The notes: a model not told the origin generated them from the letters alone. Shown: positions 37,253 through 47,630, counted from the stretch's first letter. The stretch: DNA of 64,000 bases from Hyphomicrobiales bacterium (GCA_965198845.1 CBDAQD010000001.1:742742-806741); one strand, 5' to 3'. Numbers and translations are program-made.

Positions 37253-38257
37253 ATGACCGGTCAAGCGAAAGTCTACGTCATTCACGAGAACAGCGAGTGG
37301 CTGCCGCCACTGCGCAACGGATTCGAGGACCTGGGCACGCCGTACGAGGAATGGCTTCTGGACAAGACCACGGTGAACCTCGCCGAAGCGCCGCCGGAGG
37401 GCGTCTTTTTCAACCGCATGAGCGCGTCCAACTACACGCGCGGGCATTATCACTCGAACCAGAGCACGGATATCGTCCTGCGCTGGCTTGAGGCGTATGG
37501 CCGGCGCGTGATCAACGGCTCGAGCGTGCTGAGCCTGGAATTCTCGAAGGCAGCCCAGCAGGTGCTGCTTGACCGGTTCGGGATTACCACGCCGCGGACG
37601 ATTGTCGCCGTCGGTCGGGACAGGATCGTAGAGGCGGCGCGCGAATTCGGCACGACACCATTCTTCGTCAAACCGAACCAGGGTGGCAAGGGCCTCGGCG
37701 TTCAGCTGTTCGACTCTGCCGAAGACCTGGAGGCAGCTCTTGCTGGAGGCCAGTTCCCGGATTCCGTTGATGATGTCTGGCTGATCCAGGACCAGATCGA
37801 GACGACCGACGACTTCATCACGCGGGCGGAGTTTGTCGGCGGCAAGTTTGTTTACGCCGTGAAGGTGTTCTCAGGAGGCAGTTTCGAACTGTGCCCGGCG
37901 GATGCCTGCAATGTGGATTTTGCGGACTTCTGCCCGGCTGAGTCGAATGAAGTGGAGGCAGCGCCTGTCGAGGCAGGTCCGCGCTTTGAAATCGCCGAAG
38001 GGTTCGAAGATCCGCTGATCGAGCAGCTTGAAGCCTTTCTTGCCGCCAACAGCATCGAGGTCGCCGGTGTCGAATTCATCAGACGCCCGGATGGCGTTCC
38101 CGTTGTCTATGACGTCAACACAAACACCAACTACAATGCCGGCGCCGAAGAGACAGCCGGAATTGAATCCGGGGGCATGAAGGAAATCGCCCGTTTCCTG
38201 ACCGGCGAACTGGCGACAGAGAGCGATACCCGGCAATCTCTGGCGGCGACGGCCTGA
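37253..38257 (+). CDS. ATP-grasp domain protein (RimK / glutathione-synthetase-like ligase)
   Basis: 334 aa. FFVKPNQGGKGLGVQLF, VWLIQDQIE and AGVEFIRRPDGVPVVYDVNTNTNY (Mg/ATP-grasp E...N motif). Start at ATG 37253. Confidence 0.75.
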   Translation: MTGQAKVYVIHENSEWLPPLRNGFEDLGTPYEEWLLDKTTVNLAEAPPEGVFFNRMSASNYTRGHYHSNQSTDIVLRWLEAYGRRVINGSSVLSLEFSKAAQQVLLDRFGITTPRTIVAVGRDRIVEAAREFGTTPFFVKPNQGGKGLGVQLFDSAEDLEAALAGGQFPDSVDDVWLIQDQIETTDDFITRAEFVGGKFVYAVKVFSGGSFELCPADACNVDFADFCPAESNEVEAAPVEAGPRFEIAEGFEDPLIEQLEAFLAANSIEVAGVEFIRRPDGVPVVYDVNTNTNYNAGAEETAGIESGGMKEIARFLTGELATESDTRQSLAATA

Positions 38258-38411
38258 TCGCCGACCTCGCAGCGACGTATCCTCTTCCATCCGACAGCGT
38301 GGCGGCAGAACGCCGCCTGAGCGTGTTCATCAGACCGGTATTCAGCGGTTGACGGCCCGGCGCGAGACCTATCTATAGGCATAGGTCAATCGACGCATCG
38401 GGACGAATTGC

Positions 38412-39629
38412 ATGAGCGTGGTACGGCGAAAATCGGTTGCGGTTGATATCGGCGGCGTCGTGGTCGGCGGGGATGCGCCGATCGTCGTGCAATCCATGAC
38501 GAACACGGATACAGCCGACGTGGACGCAACGGCCAAACAGGTCGCTGCCCTGGCCCGGGCCGGCTCTGAGCTTGTACGCATTACCGTGGACCGTCCCGAG
38601 GCTGCTGCAGCCGTACCGCATATCCGCGAGCGGCTCGATGCAGAAGGCGTTGGCGTGCCTCTGGTCGGTGACTTCCATTATATCGGTCACAAGCTGCTGA
38701 AGGACCATCCGGCCTGTGCAGAGGCGCTGGCGAAATACCGGATCAATCCGGGCAATGTCGGTTTCAAGGAAAAGCGCGATACCCAGTTCGCCACCATGAT
38801 CGAGGTGGCGTTGCAATATGATCGGCCGGTGCGCATCGGCGTCAATTGGGGCAGCCTCGACCAGGATCTGCTGACCAAGCTGATGGACGAAAACGCCACT
38901 GCCGCCAATCCGAAGACGGCGGCCGAGGTCACGCATGAGGCAATTGTACAGTCTGCATTGCTGAGTGCCGAACGGGCCGAGGAACTGGGAATGGGGCGCG
39001 ACAAGATCGTCCTGTCGGCAAAGGTCAGCAAGGTCCAGGATCTCATCGCGGTTTACACCGCGCTCGCTGCCCGCAGCGACCATGCACTGCATCTCGGGCT
39101 GACGGAAGCCGGAATGGGTTCCAAAGGCATCGTGGCGTCGACCGCCGGCATGGCCGTGCTTCTGCAGCAGGGGATCGGCGATACGATCCGGGTGTCTCTG
39201 ACGCCTGAACCCGGCGGTGACCGGACCCAGGAAGTGATCGTCGCACAGGAGATGCTGCAGTCGATGGGCCTGCGTTCATTCATGCCCGTTGTCGCCGCGT
39301 GCCCCGGCTGCGGCCGAACAACGTCGACCGTGTTCCAGGAACTGGCACAGGAGATCCAGGGGCATATCCGGGAGCGGATGCCGGTCTGGAAGGAGCGCTA
39401 TACGGGTTTCGAGTCGCTGGAACTTGCGGTCATGGGCTGCATCGTCAATGGGCCGGGCGAGAGCAAGCATGCGGATATCGGTATCAGCCTGCCGGGGACC
39501 GGCGAAATGCCCGCTGCACCCGTTTTCATCGATGGGGAGAAGGCGATGACGCTGCGCGGCGAGGACATTGCCGAGCAGTTCAAGTCCATCGTCGAGGACT
39601 ATATCGAGAACCGGTACGGTCGCGGCTAG
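38412..39629 (+). CDS. ispG: 4-hydroxy-3-methylbut-2-en-1-yl diphosphate synthase (MEP pathway)
   Basis: 405 aa. N-terminal [14 protein letters not shown] and Cys ligands ACPGCGRT and [10 protein letters not shown]. Confidence 0.95.
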   Translation: MSVVRRKSVAVDIGGVVVGGDAPIVVQSMTNTDTADVDATAKQVAALARAGSELVRITVDRPEAAAAVPHIRERLDAEGVGVPLVGDFHYIGHKLLKDHPACAEALAKYRINPGNVGFKEKRDTQFATMIEVALQYDRPVRIGVNWGSLDQDLLTKLMDENATAANPKTAAEVTHEAIVQSALLSAERAEELGMGRDKIVLSAKVSKVQDLIAVYTALAARSDHALHLGLTEAGMGSKGIVASTAGMAVLLQQGIGDTIRVSLTPEPGGDRTQEVIVAQEMLQSMGLRSFMPVVAACPGCGRTTSTVFQELAQEIQGHIRERMPVWKERYTGFESLELAVMGCIVNGPGESKHADIGISLPGTGEMPAAPVFIDGEKAMTLRGEDIAEQFKSIVEDYIENRYGRG

Positions 39630-39647
39630 CCTGCTCAGCAGTGTGAT

Positions 39648-40538
39648 CTACGCCCGTCGTTCGACAACGTAGGTCGCGGCTTCCCTAAGGATGTCGGCGC
39701 GTTCGTCGAACATGTCGAGCGACTGGATTGCGGCATCGATCAGCGAATTTGCCCTGTCCCGCGCGCCGCTGACGCCCAGCAGGCCGACGAAGGTGGCCTT
39801 GCCGGCGTCCGCATCCTTGCCGGCACGCTTGCCGAGATCATCAGCGCTGCCTTCCGCGTCGAGCAGATCGTCGGCAAACTGGAACGCCAGGCCGATATTC
39901 GCGGCAAACTCGCTCAATGCACTTCTCACTTCGCCATTCGCACCGCCCAGGATTGCTCCTGCACGGCAGGCATATTCGATCAGCATGCCGGTTTTGAGCC
40001 GCTGCATGGCGATCACGTCATCGGTTTCGCGCGCCGACTTCTCCATTTCGAGATCGAGCATCTGACCGCCAACCATACCGTTGGCGCCCGCGGCGAGCGC
40101 CAGTTCACGGATCAGTTCCACGCGCACTTCCGGATTCGGATGCGTTTCCGGCGACGTCAGGATCTCGAAGGCAAGCGTCAGCAGTCCGTCACCTGCGAGG
40201 ATTGCTGTTGCCTCATCGAAGGCCACATGGGTCGTCGGCCTGCCTCGCCTCAGGTCGTCATCGTCCATGGCGGGCAGGTCGTCATGGACGAGCGAATAAC
40301 AGTGTATGCACTCCAGCGCTGCTGCGGTGCGCAGCGCGCTGGTCGGGTCGGCATCGGCAAGACGCGCGCATTCGGTGACAAAGAACGGCCGGATCCGCTT
40401 TCCACCACCAAGTGCCGCATAGCGCATGGCTGAAATGACGCGCGGTGCGCGGGCGTCCTTGTCGGACAGCAACTCGTCAAGCAGGGCCTCGATGCGCGAT
40501 GCGATATCACGCAACTTCTGCTCAAAACCAATTGTCAA
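39648..40538 (-). CDS. Polyprenyl (farnesyl/geranylgeranyl) diphosphate synthase
   Basis: DDxxD motifs LVHDDLPAMDDDDLRRG and FQFADDLLD. Start taken at the TTG with GGAG 6 nt upstream; the tracked ORF extends to 40565. Confidence 0.9.
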   Translation of the reverse strand: MTIGFEQKLRDIASRIEALLDELLSDKDARAPRVISAMRYAALGGGKRIRPFFVTECARLADADPTSALRTAAALECIHCYSLVHDDLPAMDDDDLRRGRPTTHVAFDEATAILAGDGLLTLAFEILTSPETHPNPEVRVELIRELALAAGANGMVGGQMLDLEMEKSARETDDVIAMQRLKTGMLIEYACRAGAILGGANGEVRSALSEFAANIGLAFQFADDLLDAEGSADDLGKRAGKDADAGKATFVGLLGVSGARDRANSLIDAAIQSLDMFDERADILREAATYVVERRA

Positions 40539-40679
40539 ACTGAACTCCACATCGTGGCAACGCAAGTATTGGGTGTGTGCCTGTCTCCCTGTATATCAAT
40601 ATCGGCGCTGTTCGTCGCCGTCATTAATGTGGCTATATGCAGACGCGATAGAAAAAGCCGGAAGTTGCAACAATCAGTC

Positions 40680-41414
40680 ATGGCGACAGCGCGCAGTTCA
40701 CGCCGCTTTATGCGGAGTGGCCTCGGGAAGGCCCTGAAACGGTTCCTCCGCATTGGAGCGTTGGCCACCGGGGCGATCATATGCGTCATCCTATTCGCGA
40801 TCGTCCTGTACAGGTTCGTGCCGCCTCCAGTGAGTAACTTGATGATCTGGCGGGCGGTCGAGGGCCAAAGCATCGACTATCGATGGGTCTCTCTTGACGA
40901 AATCTCCGCAGCGCTGCCGCGGGCGGTGATTGCGTCGGAAGACAACCGCTTTTGCGCTCATCACGGCGTTGACTGGGATGCTGTTTCACTTGTCATCGAA
41001 GATATCGTCGAAGACGGGAACGGGACGCCACGCGGCGCCAGTACCATCGCCATGCAGACCGTGAAGAACCTGTTTCTGTGGCCGTCGCGTAGCTACATCC
41101 GCAAGGCTTTTGAGATCCCGCTGGCCTATGTCGCCGATGCAGTCTGGTCGAAACGACGTCTCCTGGAGATCTATCTGAACATCGTTGAATGGGGGCCGGG
41201 TGTGTACGGTGCCGAGGCGGCCGCACGCCGGCATTTCGGTAAATCGGCAGCCAGGCTCAATGGCGGCGAGGCGGCGCTTCTGGCTGCGGCGCTACCAAGC
41301 CCGATACAACGTCGCGCAGGCCGGCCGGGACCTCAAACGAGAGCAATTGCACAGAAGGTGCTTGCACGGATGCGCGGGATCCGGCCGTACATGTCCTGTC
41401 TCGGCAAGCTCTGA
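40680..41414 (+). CDS. mtgA: Monofunctional biosynthetic peptidoglycan transglycosylase
   Basis: 244 aa with an N-terminal TM segment. GT51 motifs VIASEDNRFCAHHGVD, GASTIAMQTVKNLFL and RLLEIYLNIVEWG. Confidence 0.92.
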   Translation: MATARSSRRFMRSGLGKALKRFLRIGALATGAIICVILFAIVLYRFVPPPVSNLMIWRAVEGQSIDYRWVSLDEISAALPRAVIASEDNRFCAHHGVDWDAVSLVIEDIVEDGNGTPRGASTIAMQTVKNLFLWPSRSYIRKAFEIPLAYVADAVWSKRRLLEIYLNIVEWGPGVYGAEAAARRHFGKSAARLNGGEAALLAAALPSPIQRRAGRPGPQTRAIAQKVLARMRGIRPYMSCLGKL

Positions 41415-41428
41415 ATCTCTGCCGTTTG

Positions 41429-42121
41429 TCAGTTTGTCGGGCGGCGCAGGTGAGCAAACATCCGGAATTCGATCTTCTTGAACAGGAAGACGATCGCGAA
41501 CGTCATCACCAGATAGACCGCGCCGGCGGCCAGGAAGGCCTCGTAGGGCGTGTAGTAGCGGGAGTTGACGATCCGCGCGGCGCCCAGAAGATCGACAATT
41601 GTGATCACACTCGCGATGGCGCTGCCATGAAGCATGAAGATGACTTCGTTGCCGTAGGCCGGCAGCGCCCGCCTGAACGCACCCGGAAGGATGATACGCC
41701 GCATGATCTTCTGACGGGACATGCCGAATGCGCGTGCGGCCTCAACCTCGCCGTGCGGGGTGGTTTCGATCGCGCCGCGCAGCATTTCCGTGGTGTAGGC
41801 GGCCGTGTTCAGCGAGAAGGCGATGAGCGCACACCAGGTGGGGCTCTTCAGAACCGGCCAGAGGAAGCTCTCCCGGACGGCCTCGAATTGTGAGGCTCCG
41901 TAGTAGATCAGGAAAAGCTGAATCAGCAGTGGCGTACCGCGGAACACGTATACATAGAGCCAGACCGGCCAGTAGATGGCGGGATTGCGCGACGTATGAA
42001 GGATTGCCAACGGGACGGCCATGATGAGGCCGACGACAAGCGACAGGGTCACAAGATAGGCTGTTGTGACGATGCCTTCACCGTAGAGTCCCAGATTGTC
42101 GATGATGACGCTGAAATCCAT
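41429..42121 (-). CDS. Polar amino acid ABC transporter permease (HisM-like)
   Basis: 230 aa polytopic protein with the EAA-loop region EAARAFGMSRQKIMRRIILP. Confidence 0.88.
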   Translation of the reverse strand: MDFSVIIDNLGLYGEGIVTTAYLVTLSLVVGLIMAVPLAILHTSRNPAIYWPVWLYVYVFRGTPLLIQLFLIYYGASQFEAVRESFLWPVLKSPTWCALIAFSLNTAAYTTEMLRGAIETTPHGEVEAARAFGMSRQKIMRRIILPGAFRRALPAYGNEVIFMLHGSAIASVITIVDLLGAARIVNSRYYTPYEAFLAAGAVYLVMTFAIVFLFKKIEFRMFAHLRRPTN

Positions 42122-42124
42122 GGC

Positions 42125-42820
42125 TCAGGTCTTCCTCACGCCGACGTTGGCACGGGCCTCGGCCCATTGCAGCAAAATGGTCGATACGCTTGTCAGCGCC
42201 AGATAGATGATGCCTGTGGCCAGATAGAAGCTGAAGCTGTCGCGCGTCGCGCCGGCGGCGAGGCCGGCCATCCGGACGACGTCTTCAAGTCCGATGATCG
42301 AGACGAGTGCGGTCGACTTGAGCAGAACAAGCCAGTTATTGCCGAAGCTCGGCAGGGCGTAACGCACCATTTGCGGGAAAAGTATGCGGTAGGTCACCTT
42401 CCAGGGCGTCATGCCAAAAGCGCGGGCGCACTCAAGCTGACCTTCGGGCACGGCGAGTATGGCACCGCGGAACGTTTCACCCATATAGGCGCCGAAAATG
42501 AATCCGATTGTCGCCACGCCGCTCGTGAACGGATCGACGTCGATGTAGTCCTCGTAGCCGACCGCTTCCGCAATGTTGTTAACCGCGACCTGAAGGCCAA
42601 AGAAGATCAACAGCATGAGGACGAGGTCCGGGACCCCGCGGATGATGGTGGTGTAGGTTCCGGCGATGGCCTGGAGCGGCTTCGATTTGGACAGCTTGGC
42701 CATCGCGGTCAACATGCCCAGAATCGCGGCTACGATTAGCGACAGTGTCGCGACCTTGATGGTCACCCAGGTTCCGGCGACGAGAGTCCATTCATAGCCG
42801 TAGAGGTTGATCAAATTCAT
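42125..42820 (-). CDS. Polar amino acid ABC transporter permease (HisQ-like)
   Basis: 231 aa polytopic protein with the EAA-loop region ECARAFGMTPWKVTYRILFP. Confidence 0.88.
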   Translation of the reverse strand: MNLINLYGYEWTLVAGTWVTIKVATLSLIVAAILGMLTAMAKLSKSKPLQAIAGTYTTIIRGVPDLVLMLLIFFGLQVAVNNIAEAVGYEDYIDVDPFTSGVATIGFIFGAYMGETFRGAILAVPEGQLECARAFGMTPWKVTYRILFPQMVRYALPSFGNNWLVLLKSTALVSIIGLEDVVRMAGLAAGATRDSFSFYLATGIIYLALTSVSTILLQWAEARANVGVRKT

Positions 42821-42930
42821 CTCCCCCGCTGTTCACCGCCGCAGCATGCCGAATTCCCCGAGGCGTGCTGCCGGTAAGAAGACGCCGCGGCCCGGAGCAA
42901 ACTGCCTGGCCGCGGCGCAGTCACGTCAGT

Positions 42931-43722
42931 CTACGAGCCGTAGGCGCTGCCGTAGATGTTGTAGTCGAAGTATTTGTCCTGAAGCTTCTTGTAGGTGCCG
43001 TTCTTCAGGATATTGGAGATGGCGTCATTCAGCTTCTTCTTCAGATCGCCGTCCTTCTTGCGTATGGCGATGCCCGCGCCCTCACCGAAGTACTTCTTGT
43101 CGGTGTAGTTCGGGCCCACGAATTCCCAGTCACCACCCTTGTCGGTTTTCAGGAAGCCGCTCGAAAGCGCTTCGGAATCGGCGAGCAGGGCGTCGAGCCT
43201 GCCGGCGGTCGCGTCCAGATAGGCTTCGTCCTGCGTACCGTAACGCTTGATGTTGGCATCCGGGAACTCGGCGGTGACGAACGTATCGTGCGTGGTCGCA
43301 CGCTGTACACCGACGGTCTTGCCCTTGAGGCCTTCTTTCGTGATCTCGATACCGGACCCCTTCTTGCGGGCGAACTTTGCAGGGCTCTGGTAGTACTTGT
43401 TGGTGAAATCGACCTTTTTCTTGCGCTCTTCCGTGATCGACATCGACGCGATGATCGCATCGTACTTCCTGGCGAGAAGTGCCGGGATGATGCCATCCCA
43501 ATCCTGCTTGACGAGCGTGCATTCAGCCTTGAGCTCGGCGCACAGGGCGTTGGCGATATCGATGTCGAAACCCTTCATCTCACCTTCCGGCGTGGTCTCG
43601 CTGAAGGGCGGATAGGCACCCTCGACGCCGATCCTGATCTTTTTCCATTCCTTGGCGGTCGCCAATGAAACGGATGCGGCCACGATCATAGTGGCAGCAA
43701 ATATCTTGGTAAGCGTTTTCAC
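42931..43722 (-). CDS. Periplasmic basic amino acid (Lys/Arg/Orn/His-type) binding protein
   Basis: 263 aa with a signal peptide. Family-3 SBP pattern (IRIGVEGAYPPFS...GFDIDIANALC...WDGIIPALLARKYDAI). Confidence 0.85.
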   Translation of the reverse strand: MKTLTKIFAATMIVAASVSLATAKEWKKIRIGVEGAYPPFSETTPEGEMKGFDIDIANALCAELKAECTLVKQDWDGIIPALLARKYDAIIASMSITEERKKKVDFTNKYYQSPAKFARKKGSGIEITKEGLKGKTVGVQRATTHDTFVTAEFPDANIKRYGTQDEAYLDATAGRLDALLADSEALSSGFLKTDKGGDWEFVGPNYTDKKYFGEGAGIAIRKKDGDLKKKLNDAISNILKNGTYKKLQDKYFDYNIYGSAYGS

Positions 43723-43803
43723 GTTTTGTTACTCCCTCTTTTGCCCATACAAGCCGGGCAGATAATTGGCCACTGCGGCGATTGACAGAAGGATTCGTAT
43801 CCT

Positions 43804-44598
43804 TCAGAGATTTGCGGCCAAAAATTGCTTAAACCGTTCCGAACTCGGATTGTCGAACACCTTTGCCGGCGAACCGTCCTCTTCGATCCGGCCCTCATGC
43901 AGGAATACCACCCGGTTCGAGACCTCGCGGGCGAAGCCCATTTCATGGGTGACCACGACCATCGTGCGACCTTCATCGGCGAGATCGCGCATGACCCGCA
44001 GGACTTCGCCGACGAGTTCCGGATCGAGCGCCGACGTCGGTTCGTCGAACAACATCACTTCAGGGTCAACGGCCAGTGCGCGGGCAATGGCCGCGCGCTG
44101 CTGCTGGCCGCCCGACAGGTGAGCCGGATAGCTCGACGCCTTGTCGCCGATGCCCACCTTTTCCAGCAGCCTCGTCGCGGTTTCCGTGGCTTCCGCCTTA
44201 GAGATGCCAAGCACCTGCGTCGGCGCCTCGATGATGTTCTGAAGGATGGTCATGTGAGTCCAGAGGTTGAAATTCTGGAATACCATGCCGAGCCGGGACC
44301 GAATTCGTTCGACCTGCCGGCGGTCCCCCGGGACTGTTTCACCGGAAGAATTCTTGACGAGCTGTATCTGTTCTCCATGAACCGCGATCGAGCCGCTGTC
44401 CGGAATTTCGAGGAGGTTGATGCAGCGCAGGAATGTGCTCTTGCCCGATCCGGATGAACCGATCATGGAGATCACGTCACCCTGCATGGCTTCGAGCGAG
44501 ATTCCCTTCAAAACCTCCAGATTCCCGAAGCTCTTGTGTAGGTCTTCAACGCGCAACGCACTTGGTTCCGCAGACGCTGCCGGTTCCGCCATAGCCAT
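43804..44598 (-). CDS. Amino acid ABC transporter ATP-binding protein (HisP-like)
   Basis: 264 aa. Walker [10 protein letters not shown], signature LSGGQQQR and Walker [13 protein letters not shown]. Confidence 0.93.
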   Translation of the reverse strand: MAMAEPAASAEPSALRVEDLHKSFGNLEVLKGISLEAMQGDVISMIGSSGSGKSTFLRCINLLEIPDSGSIAVHGEQIQLVKNSSGETVPGDRRQVERIRSRLGMVFQNFNLWTHMTILQNIIEAPTQVLGISKAEATETATRLLEKVGIGDKASSYPAHLSGGQQQRAAIARALAVDPEVMLFDEPTSALDPELVGEVLRVMRDLADEGRTMVVVTHEMGFAREVSNRVVFLHEGRIEEDGSPAKVFDNPSSERFKQFLAANL

Positions 44599-44808
44599 CC
44601 CTGCCTACCGCCCCTCATGCCGAATGCCACGTCCTTATTGATGTTTAGGCATTCGGTTGAACTCTCTCCGCCGCAACCCTAGCGGGCATTGGGCCTGTGC
44701 GGCAAGCGGAAAGGCCCAATTTAGTGAACATGCAAAAGGGCATCCCAAGCCGGGGCGCCATGTTATCTTCGCGGCCGCAAGAACGCCTTTGCTGGGGAGT
44801 GAGATCAA

Positions 44809-46077
44809 TTGAGACCCGTCAAATTCCTGCTGCTTTCCATATTCGCCCTGACTGTGGGGTCTTTCGGCACGCTCGGTGCGACCACTCCCGCCGTGGCGCA
44901 ACAGGTTGACCGGAAATCGGTGGAAAAACAGTTCCGGCGCTGGCTCGCGGACAACATCTGGCCTGAAGCCCGCGCCGCGGGCGTGACGCGCAGGACATTC
45001 GAGGCTGCCCTGTCCGGCGTTTCGCTCGACTGGTCACTGCCGGATCTTTCGCCTCCCGGGGCTCCGAAAAGGCCGCCGCGCGTTTATTCGCAAGCCGAAT
45101 TCAGGAGTCCCGGGCGCTATTTCAATGAAGGCAGCCTGAATACGCTGGTCAAGCTGGGGCGTCAGAGGCTCAATAAGTGGCGTGATACCCTGAGCGCGAT
45201 AGAGCGCAAGTACGGGGTTCCGCGACGGATCGTTGTTGCCATCTGGGGAAGGGAGTCCGGCTACGGACGCGCCCGCACACCTCACAACGCGGTTCGGGTC
45301 CTTGCGACAGAAGCATTCATGGGACGGCGCAAGGGACTCTTTCGACCGGAACTGCTGGCTGTGCTCCGTGTCGTTCAGGACGGCCACATACCTTTGTCAC
45401 GCCTCAAGAGTTCGCGTTTCGGGGCGCTCGGGCAGCCGCAATTCCTACCCTCGAAGTTCCTGCAATATGCGGTCGACTTCGACGGCGACGGCCGTCGGGA
45501 TATCTGGCGGTCCGTGCCGGATACGCTGGCCTCGATCGCGAATTACCTGCGCGCGCACGGGTGGCAACCGGGAAGGGACTGGGGCTTTGAAAGCCGTATT
45601 CCGGACAATGTATCCTGTGCGCTTGAAGGGCCGGACAAGGGCGCGCTGATCAGCGACTGGGTCCGGTCAGGCGTGAAACGTGTGAGCGGGAGGCCATTCC
45701 CGAGCGCCGAGACCGGAAAGAAGGGCTACTTGCTCATGCCGGCCGGCAGGGCCGGCCCGGCCTATATCGCGACCGAGAACTTCTACGTCCTCAAGAAATT
45801 CAATGAATCGGACCTGTACGCCCTCTTCATCGGTCATCTGGCTGACCGGTACGGGGCCAACCGGCGGTTCGTCGGATCCTGGTCTGCGGTGAAGGGCTTT
45901 TCCCGGCGGGATGTTCAGGCGATGCAGCAGCGGCTGGAACGCAGAGGCGTGAATGTCGGCGGGGCAGACGGGCTTGTCGGCTTCAGGACCCGTGTCGCCA
46001 TTGGCGAGTGGCAGATGTCCAACGGTCAAAAGCCGACATGTTTTCCGAATGCCGGCCTGTTGCGCCGCATCCGGTAG
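44809..46077 (+). CDS. Lytic murein transglycosylase (MltB-like) with a C-terminal peptidoglycan-binding domain
   Basis: 422 aa with a TTG start and signal peptide. SLT_2 blocks (AIWGRESGYG, GALGQPQFLPSKF) and PG_binding_1-like tail (VQAMQQRLERRGVNVGGADGLVGFRT). Confidence 0.88.
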   Translation: MRPVKFLLLSIFALTVGSFGTLGATTPAVAQQVDRKSVEKQFRRWLADNIWPEARAAGVTRRTFEAALSGVSLDWSLPDLSPPGAPKRPPRVYSQAEFRSPGRYFNEGSLNTLVKLGRQRLNKWRDTLSAIERKYGVPRRIVVAIWGRESGYGRARTPHNAVRVLATEAFMGRRKGLFRPELLAVLRVVQDGHIPLSRLKSSRFGALGQPQFLPSKFLQYAVDFDGDGRRDIWRSVPDTLASIANYLRAHGWQPGRDWGFESRIPDNVSCALEGPDKGALISDWVRSGVKRVSGRPFPSAETGKKGYLLMPAGRAGPAYIATENFYVLKKFNESDLYALFIGHLADRYGANRRFVGSWSAVKGFSRRDVQAMQQRLERRGVNVGGADGLVGFRTRVAIGEWQMSNGQKPTCFPNAGLLRRIR

Positions 46078-46227
46078 GCCGGAGAAAGCTGTCGCTGAAG
46101 TCGATATCTTCGGCTATTGCAGACCTCCGAGCAAACCAGTATAAGTCCGGCCAGCTTGAAGAAGAGCGCAGTCGGGGCGCATGAAGCCGCGCCGCGTTCG
46201 CACCCTTTAAATCTTGGAGTTTGCGCC

Positions 46228-46413
46228 ATGGCAGTGCCGATGAAAAAAGTGTCGCGCTCGAAGCGCGGCCATCGTCGTTCGACCGACGCGCTCAAGCAGC
46301 CGGCCTATGTGGAAAACAAGGAATCCGGCGAACTTCACCGTCCGCACCATATCGATCTGAAGAGCGGTATGTATCGTGGCCGGCAGGTTCTTGAGCCGAA
46401 GGACGACTACTAG
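46228..46413 (+). CDS. rpmF: 50S ribosomal protein L32
   Basis: 61 aa, [18 protein letters not shown]... GGAG SD upstream. The tracked ORF is 5'-extended. Confidence 0.93.
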   Translation: MAVPMKKVSRSKRGHRRSTDALKQPAYVENKESGELHRPHHIDLKSGMYRGRQVLEPKDDY

Positions 46414-46453
46414 ACATTACGTTTGAAACCGAAACGGTTTTGACGTGCTGAGG

Positions 46454-46484
46454 GGCGGTGCGGAGTGATCCGGCGCCGCCTTTT
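46454..46484 (+). terminator. Likely rho-independent terminator after rpmF
   Basis: Stem GGCGGTGC / GCGCCGCC (one G-U pair) followed by TTTT at 46481-46484. A smaller AAACCG-aaa-CGGTTTT hairpin lies at 46426-46441. Confidence 0.5.
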
Positions 46485-46556
46485 CGATTCCAGGGTCGAC
46501 GATCCTGTTGTTAAATGCCGCCACGGGGCTGCGGTCGAACACGGAGAAGAACAGCC

Positions 46557-46967
46557 ATGATGCTTCTGAATTTCCCCCTGCTGATCATTGTCGTCATCGT
46601 CTACAACGTCGTGATCTTTTCCGGGGGCGGATCGCTCGATACCGTCGTGTTTTCCCAGAGCATGATTTCAGGGGCGTTCTGGACGCTGACTCTTTCGGAT
46701 GTCCTCATCGTTCTGGCCCTGGGCCTGCTGTTCATCGAAATCCTGAAGTCGACCCGGACCGGCGCCGGATCGATCATCGATCACCTGCTTTCCACGCTGC
46801 TGTTCATCGGCTGCCTGGTGGAATTCCTCGTCGTTCAGGCGGCCGCCACCTCGACCTTCTTCCTGATCACCGTCATCACGCTGATCGACGTCATGGCCGG
46901 CTATTCCGTGACCATACGCTCGGCGCGCCGCGACTTCGCCGTCGGCGGCCAGGACGGACCGTTCTAG
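46557..46967 (+). CDS. Hypothetical small membrane protein (4 predicted TM)
   Basis: Highly hydrophobic product (MMLLNFPLLIIVVIVYNVVIF...). Start taken at the Met pair after an R-rich, probably untranslated, leader. Confidence 0.6.
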   Translation: MMLLNFPLLIIVVIVYNVVIFSGGGSLDTVVFSQSMISGAFWTLTLSDVLIVLALGLLFIEILKSTRTGAGSIIDHLLSTLLFIGCLVEFLVVQAAATSTFFLITVITLIDVMAGYSVTIRSARRDFAVGGQDGPF

Positions 46968-47630
46968 ATGGACGCAGCGCTGCTCACGAATGTAGTGATT
47001 CCGGCATTCGCGACGCTGTTTGTCATCATTGATCCGCTGGGGCTCATGCCCCTGTTTCTGGGCCTGACCGCGGGCGCCACCGACCGGCAGCGCCGCGCGG
47101 TCGCCGTGCGGAGTTGCATGGTTGCGGTCTGCGTGCTCGCGGTGTTCGCCCTGCTGGGGGAAAAAGTGCTCGGGTTCCTGGGTATCGGCATGCCGGCGTT
47201 CAGGATTGCCGGCGGACTGATGCTGTTTCTCATCGCGGTCGAGATGCTGTTCGAGAAACGCACGGAGCGCCGGTCCAGGAATGCGGACGCGGCGCATTCC
47301 GATGACGGCGGTTCCAACCCTGCGGACGAGGTGGCCGTCTTTCCACTGGCGATCCCGCTTATCGCCGGTCCCGGCTCGATCGCATCGATCATTCTTCTCA
47401 TGAGTGCCAATCAGGGCAACTACCTGGCGCAGGGCGCGATCGTCGCCGTGATGCTCTCCGTGGTTGCCATCACCTTTGTGCTGTTCCTCCTGGCCGGACG
47501 GTTCGAGAAGCTGACCGGGCCGACCTTTACGACCGTGGTGACCCGCCTGTTCGGGATCATTCTGGGCGCGCTTGCCGTTCAATTCGTACTTTCGGGCCTT
47601 GCCGGAGCGAAGCTGCTGGCCGCAACTTGA
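46968..47630 (+). CDS. MarC/NAAT (UPF0056) family membrane protein
   Basis: 220 aa. N-terminal FATLFVIIDPLGLMPLFLGLT motif and six hydrophobic segments. Confidence 0.85.
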   Translation: MDAALLTNVVIPAFATLFVIIDPLGLMPLFLGLTAGATDRQRRAVAVRSCMVAVCVLAVFALLGEKVLGFLGIGMPAFRIAGGLMLFLIAVEMLFEKRTERRSRNADAAHSDDGGSNPADEVAVFPLAIPLIAGPGSIASIILLMSANQGNYLAQGAIVAVMLSVVAITFVLFLLAGRFEKLTGPTFTTVVTRLFGIILGALAVQFVLSGLAGAKLLAAT

